From NCBI GenBank assembly GCA_021780585.1, contig JAJXYM010000350.1, positions 1 through 35,341 on the forward strand: DNA of 35,341 nucleotides, read 5' to 3'. Origin of the DNA: Deltaproteobacteria bacterium. Its GTDB lineage: Bacteria > Desulfobacterota > Binatia > Binatales > Binataceae. A program made the position numbers and the translations under genes. Shown here piece by piece: positions 33,500 to 35,341 of this stretch. Positions within the stretch are counted from its first letter, which is position 1; each line of letters opens with the position of its first letter. A model generated the notes under the pieces. The model made no database searches and was not told where the DNA came from. It was given only the letters and a program-made list of their open reading frames with translations.

Positions 33500-33522
33500 A
33501 CCCTCGGGCGTGACCCGAGGGT
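33500..33522. terminator. Hairpin adjoining the tandem repeat (possible bidirectional terminator)
   Basis: ACCCTCGGG (33500-33508) pairs perfectly with CCCGAGGGT (33514-33522) across a 5-nt loop. The arms reuse the repeat core ACCCTCG. There are no flanking U-tracts. Confidence 0.4.
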
Positions 33523-33550
33523 CCGATCAATCCACGCTCGCGCAGCCCGC

Positions 33551-34357
33551 TCAGGACGGTTTGCCCGCCGCGCTCGCGATCCGCGCCTGCGGTTGCCCCG
33601 ACATCGGCGCCGCAACCGGCGCGGGAGCTTCAGCGACCGACTTGCCGGAAACGTCGAAGCGCATCAATTCGACCCGCTCCATCTCCGGTCCCTGCGGCCC
33701 ACCCTGATAGGCGACGGTTTTGATCAGGCCGACGTTGGGCGCGTACCAATCGTCATAGGTAAGCTTGAGGTTCTGCTTCGCCTGCGCATAGGCGCCGCCT
33801 TCGTAGCGCGCCTGGGTCTCGATTCGGATACATCCGACGAAATGACCCGCCGGCACGCTGACCTCGGCCGGCTCGCCGAAACTCTTGTGCGTCTGGATTA
33901 CGTCGAAGCTGCCTGGCAGTTTCCCGTAAGGGAAAAGCTTGTTATCCCACGCCATATCGGGCGTCAGATGCTCCGGCAGGAAATCCGCCTCTTCGCTTTT
34001 GCCCCAGGCCGGCGTGGTGATTTTCTTTTTGTCGTAATCGAGGCCAGAAAGCCGGGTCAGATAACCCGACTGGTCGAGATAGATAATCGGGCGCAAGCCG
34101 GCGCGGTCGAGATTATAGAACTCTTCGACCACCAACCCGGTCAGCTTGAGCGCCGGCACATATTGGGAACCGAGCACGCGATCGGTGACGACGTAGGTTG
34201 TATGCTGGCTTTTGCTATCGATGCGATAAGTCCAGACCATATTGGACTTGAGCGGGAAAAAATCGGCGTGCGGATCGATTTTGGCCACCGGATGGCTGCA
34301 CGCCGACGTCATTGCCAACGATACCGTCAAACCGATCGTTGATAGCCGTTTCAGCAT
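33551..34357 (-). CDS. Uncharacterised lipoprotein, paralog A of a tandem pair
   Basis: The ORF starts at MLKRLSTIGLTVSLAMTSA-C (lipobox-like), using ATG 34357 with AGGAAG 9 nt upstream. It shares about 55-60% identity by eye with the adjacent gene. Long identical blocks include VPAGHFVGCIRI, YEGG, NLKL, DWYAP, VGLI and GPEMERVEL. Confidence 0.8.
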   Translation of the reverse strand: MLKRLSTIGLTVSLAMTSACSHPVAKIDPHADFFPLKSNMVWTYRIDSKSQHTTYVVTDRVLGSQYVPALKLTGLVVEEFYNLDRAGLRPIIYLDQSGYLTRLSGLDYDKKKITTPAWGKSEEADFLPEHLTPDMAWDNKLFPYGKLPGSFDVIQTHKSFGEPAEVSVPAGHFVGCIRIETQARYEGGAYAQAKQNLKLTYDDWYAPNVGLIKTVAYQGGPQGPEMERVELMRFDVSGKSVAEAPAPVAAPMSGQPQARIASAAGKPS

Positions 34358-34477
34358 TTCAATGGTCTTCCTTTCATGCCGGTCCGCAACCCCCGTCCGG
34401 CATGTGCGGCGGCGCGTCGGGATGCGCTCGCCTTGTCCCCACCAAGCTATTCGCACATATTGCCCGAAAAATCCGGA

Positions 34478-35338
34478 CTAATTCGGCTTCGACGGGCTTT
34501 CGGGCGATTTCGCCGATTGTGCCGCATCACCCGTCGAATTGCCACCGCCGGCCGCCGGTGCGCTCGCCACGCCCCCGTCCGCCCCGTTCGGCGGTATCGA
34601 GTAGCGCACCAATTCCACCCGCTCCATCTCAGGACCGCTCGGCCCGCCTTCGAGCGCGATCGTCCGAATCAATCCGACATGCGGCGCATACCAGTCCCGA
34701 TACAACAGTTTGAGGTTTTTTGCCCCCTGCTTCGCGTAGGATCCGCCCTCATATTGCGCGTCAGTGTCAATCCGGATGCATCCGACGAAATGACCCGCCG
34801 GAACGACCACTTCCCCCGGCTCAAGGTAGCTATGATGGGTCTGGCTGATATCGAAAGCGCCTGACATGTGGCCGAAAGGATAAATCTCGCTTTTCCACGT
34901 CAAATTCGGCGAAAGCATCCGCGGCATGAACTCGCCCTCTTCCGACCGTCCCCACGCCGGAGCCTCGATATCCTGCTTCTGGTACTCGAGGCCGGAGAGC
35001 CGATCCAGGTAGCCCTTGTGGTTGAGATAAACGATCGGCCGCACGCCGCCGCGATCGAGGTTGTAATACTCCTCGACGACCATCCCGGTGACATTGAGCG
35101 ATGGCACGTATTTTTGCCCAACTACGGTATCGGTGACCACGTAGTTCGCGCGCTGACTCTTGCTGTCCACCTTGTAGGTCCATTCGGCCTTGGGCGGAAG
35201 CGGAAAGAAATCTCCCGCCAGCCGATTGTCGAAAGTGGCCGCAGGCGGTTTCTGGCAGGCCGCGACGAGCATGGCCGCGACTCCGGCGATCATCATCAAG
35301 GCCAGCTTGCGCATCATCCGGTTGCTCTCCCGTATCAT
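34478..35338 (-). CDS. Uncharacterised lipoprotein, paralog B of a tandem pair
   Basis: Signal peptide with a good lipobox (MRKLALMMIAGVAAMLVAA-C). Possible starts are ATG 35338, 35317 and 35314. It is collinear with paralog A over ~210 aa. The C-terminal ~45 aa are Gly/Ala/Ser/Pro-rich low complexity. Confidence 0.8.
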   Translation of the reverse strand: MIRESNRMMRKLALMMIAGVAAMLVAACQKPPAATFDNRLAGDFFPLPPKAEWTYKVDSKSQRANYVVTDTVVGQKYVPSLNVTGMVVEEYYNLDRGGVRPIVYLNHKGYLDRLSGLEYQKQDIEAPAWGRSEEGEFMPRMLSPNLTWKSEIYPFGHMSGAFDISQTHHSYLEPGEVVVPAGHFVGCIRIDTDAQYEGGSYAKQGAKNLKLLYRDWYAPHVGLIRTIALEGGPSGPEMERVELVRYSIPPNGADGGVASAPAAGGGNSTGDAAQSAKSPESPSKPN

Positions 35339-35341
35339 CGG

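Noticed and set aside
33459-33523. Possible CRISPR array
   Set aside because: The repeat unit is only 13-14 nt, the copies are directly abutting with no spacers, and no cas genes are present in the window.

Overview
This is a 35.3-kb high-GC chromosomal segment, roughly 65-70% G+C by eye, from a diderm bacterium. Gene content (many LLM/amidohydrolase enzymes, DUF1329, AsmA) would fit a soil or sediment Deltaproteobacteria-like, Binatia-like or Rokubacteria-like lineage, but I cannot determine the taxon from sequence alone. I support 29 protein-coding genes. I found no rRNA, tRNA, CRISPR array, transposase or integrase.

Gene order, left to right:
- Minus strand: yqeY, fabF, fabH and a degenerate ArsA/Get3-like ATPase. 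The ATPase is truncated by the left edge and absent from the supplied ORF track.
- Plus strand: a secreted DUF1329 protein and a 7-bladed Kelch lipoprotein.
- A catabolic-looking set: LLM flavin oxidoreductase, alpha/beta hydrolase, D-aminoacylase, amidohydrolase_2, PanE-like reductase and a type I extradiol dioxygenase.
- This set is interrupted by a ~1.1-kb low-GC islet (DUF29-type ORF plus an orphan small ORF) and a DUF420 membrane protein.
- Housekeeping minus-strand run: typA, asmA-like, cutA, hisC, pth.
- Pentose-phosphate operon: tkt, fused tal-pgi, pgl, then a DUF2939-like gene.
- An epoxide hydrolase.
- A terminal cluster of four uncharacterised envelope proteins: a BON/polyQ/TM/Gly-Tyr-Pro-tail protein, a small lipoprotein, and two tandem paralogous lipoproteins.

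Most long ORFs in the track are GC-driven antisense artefacts.

I see no canonical defence, toxin or mobile system. The most plausible places for something undescribed are the low-GC islet (9.73-10.88 kb) and the tandem lipoprotein pair with its neighbours (31.9-35.3 kb). Both are candidates only, not demonstrated systems.
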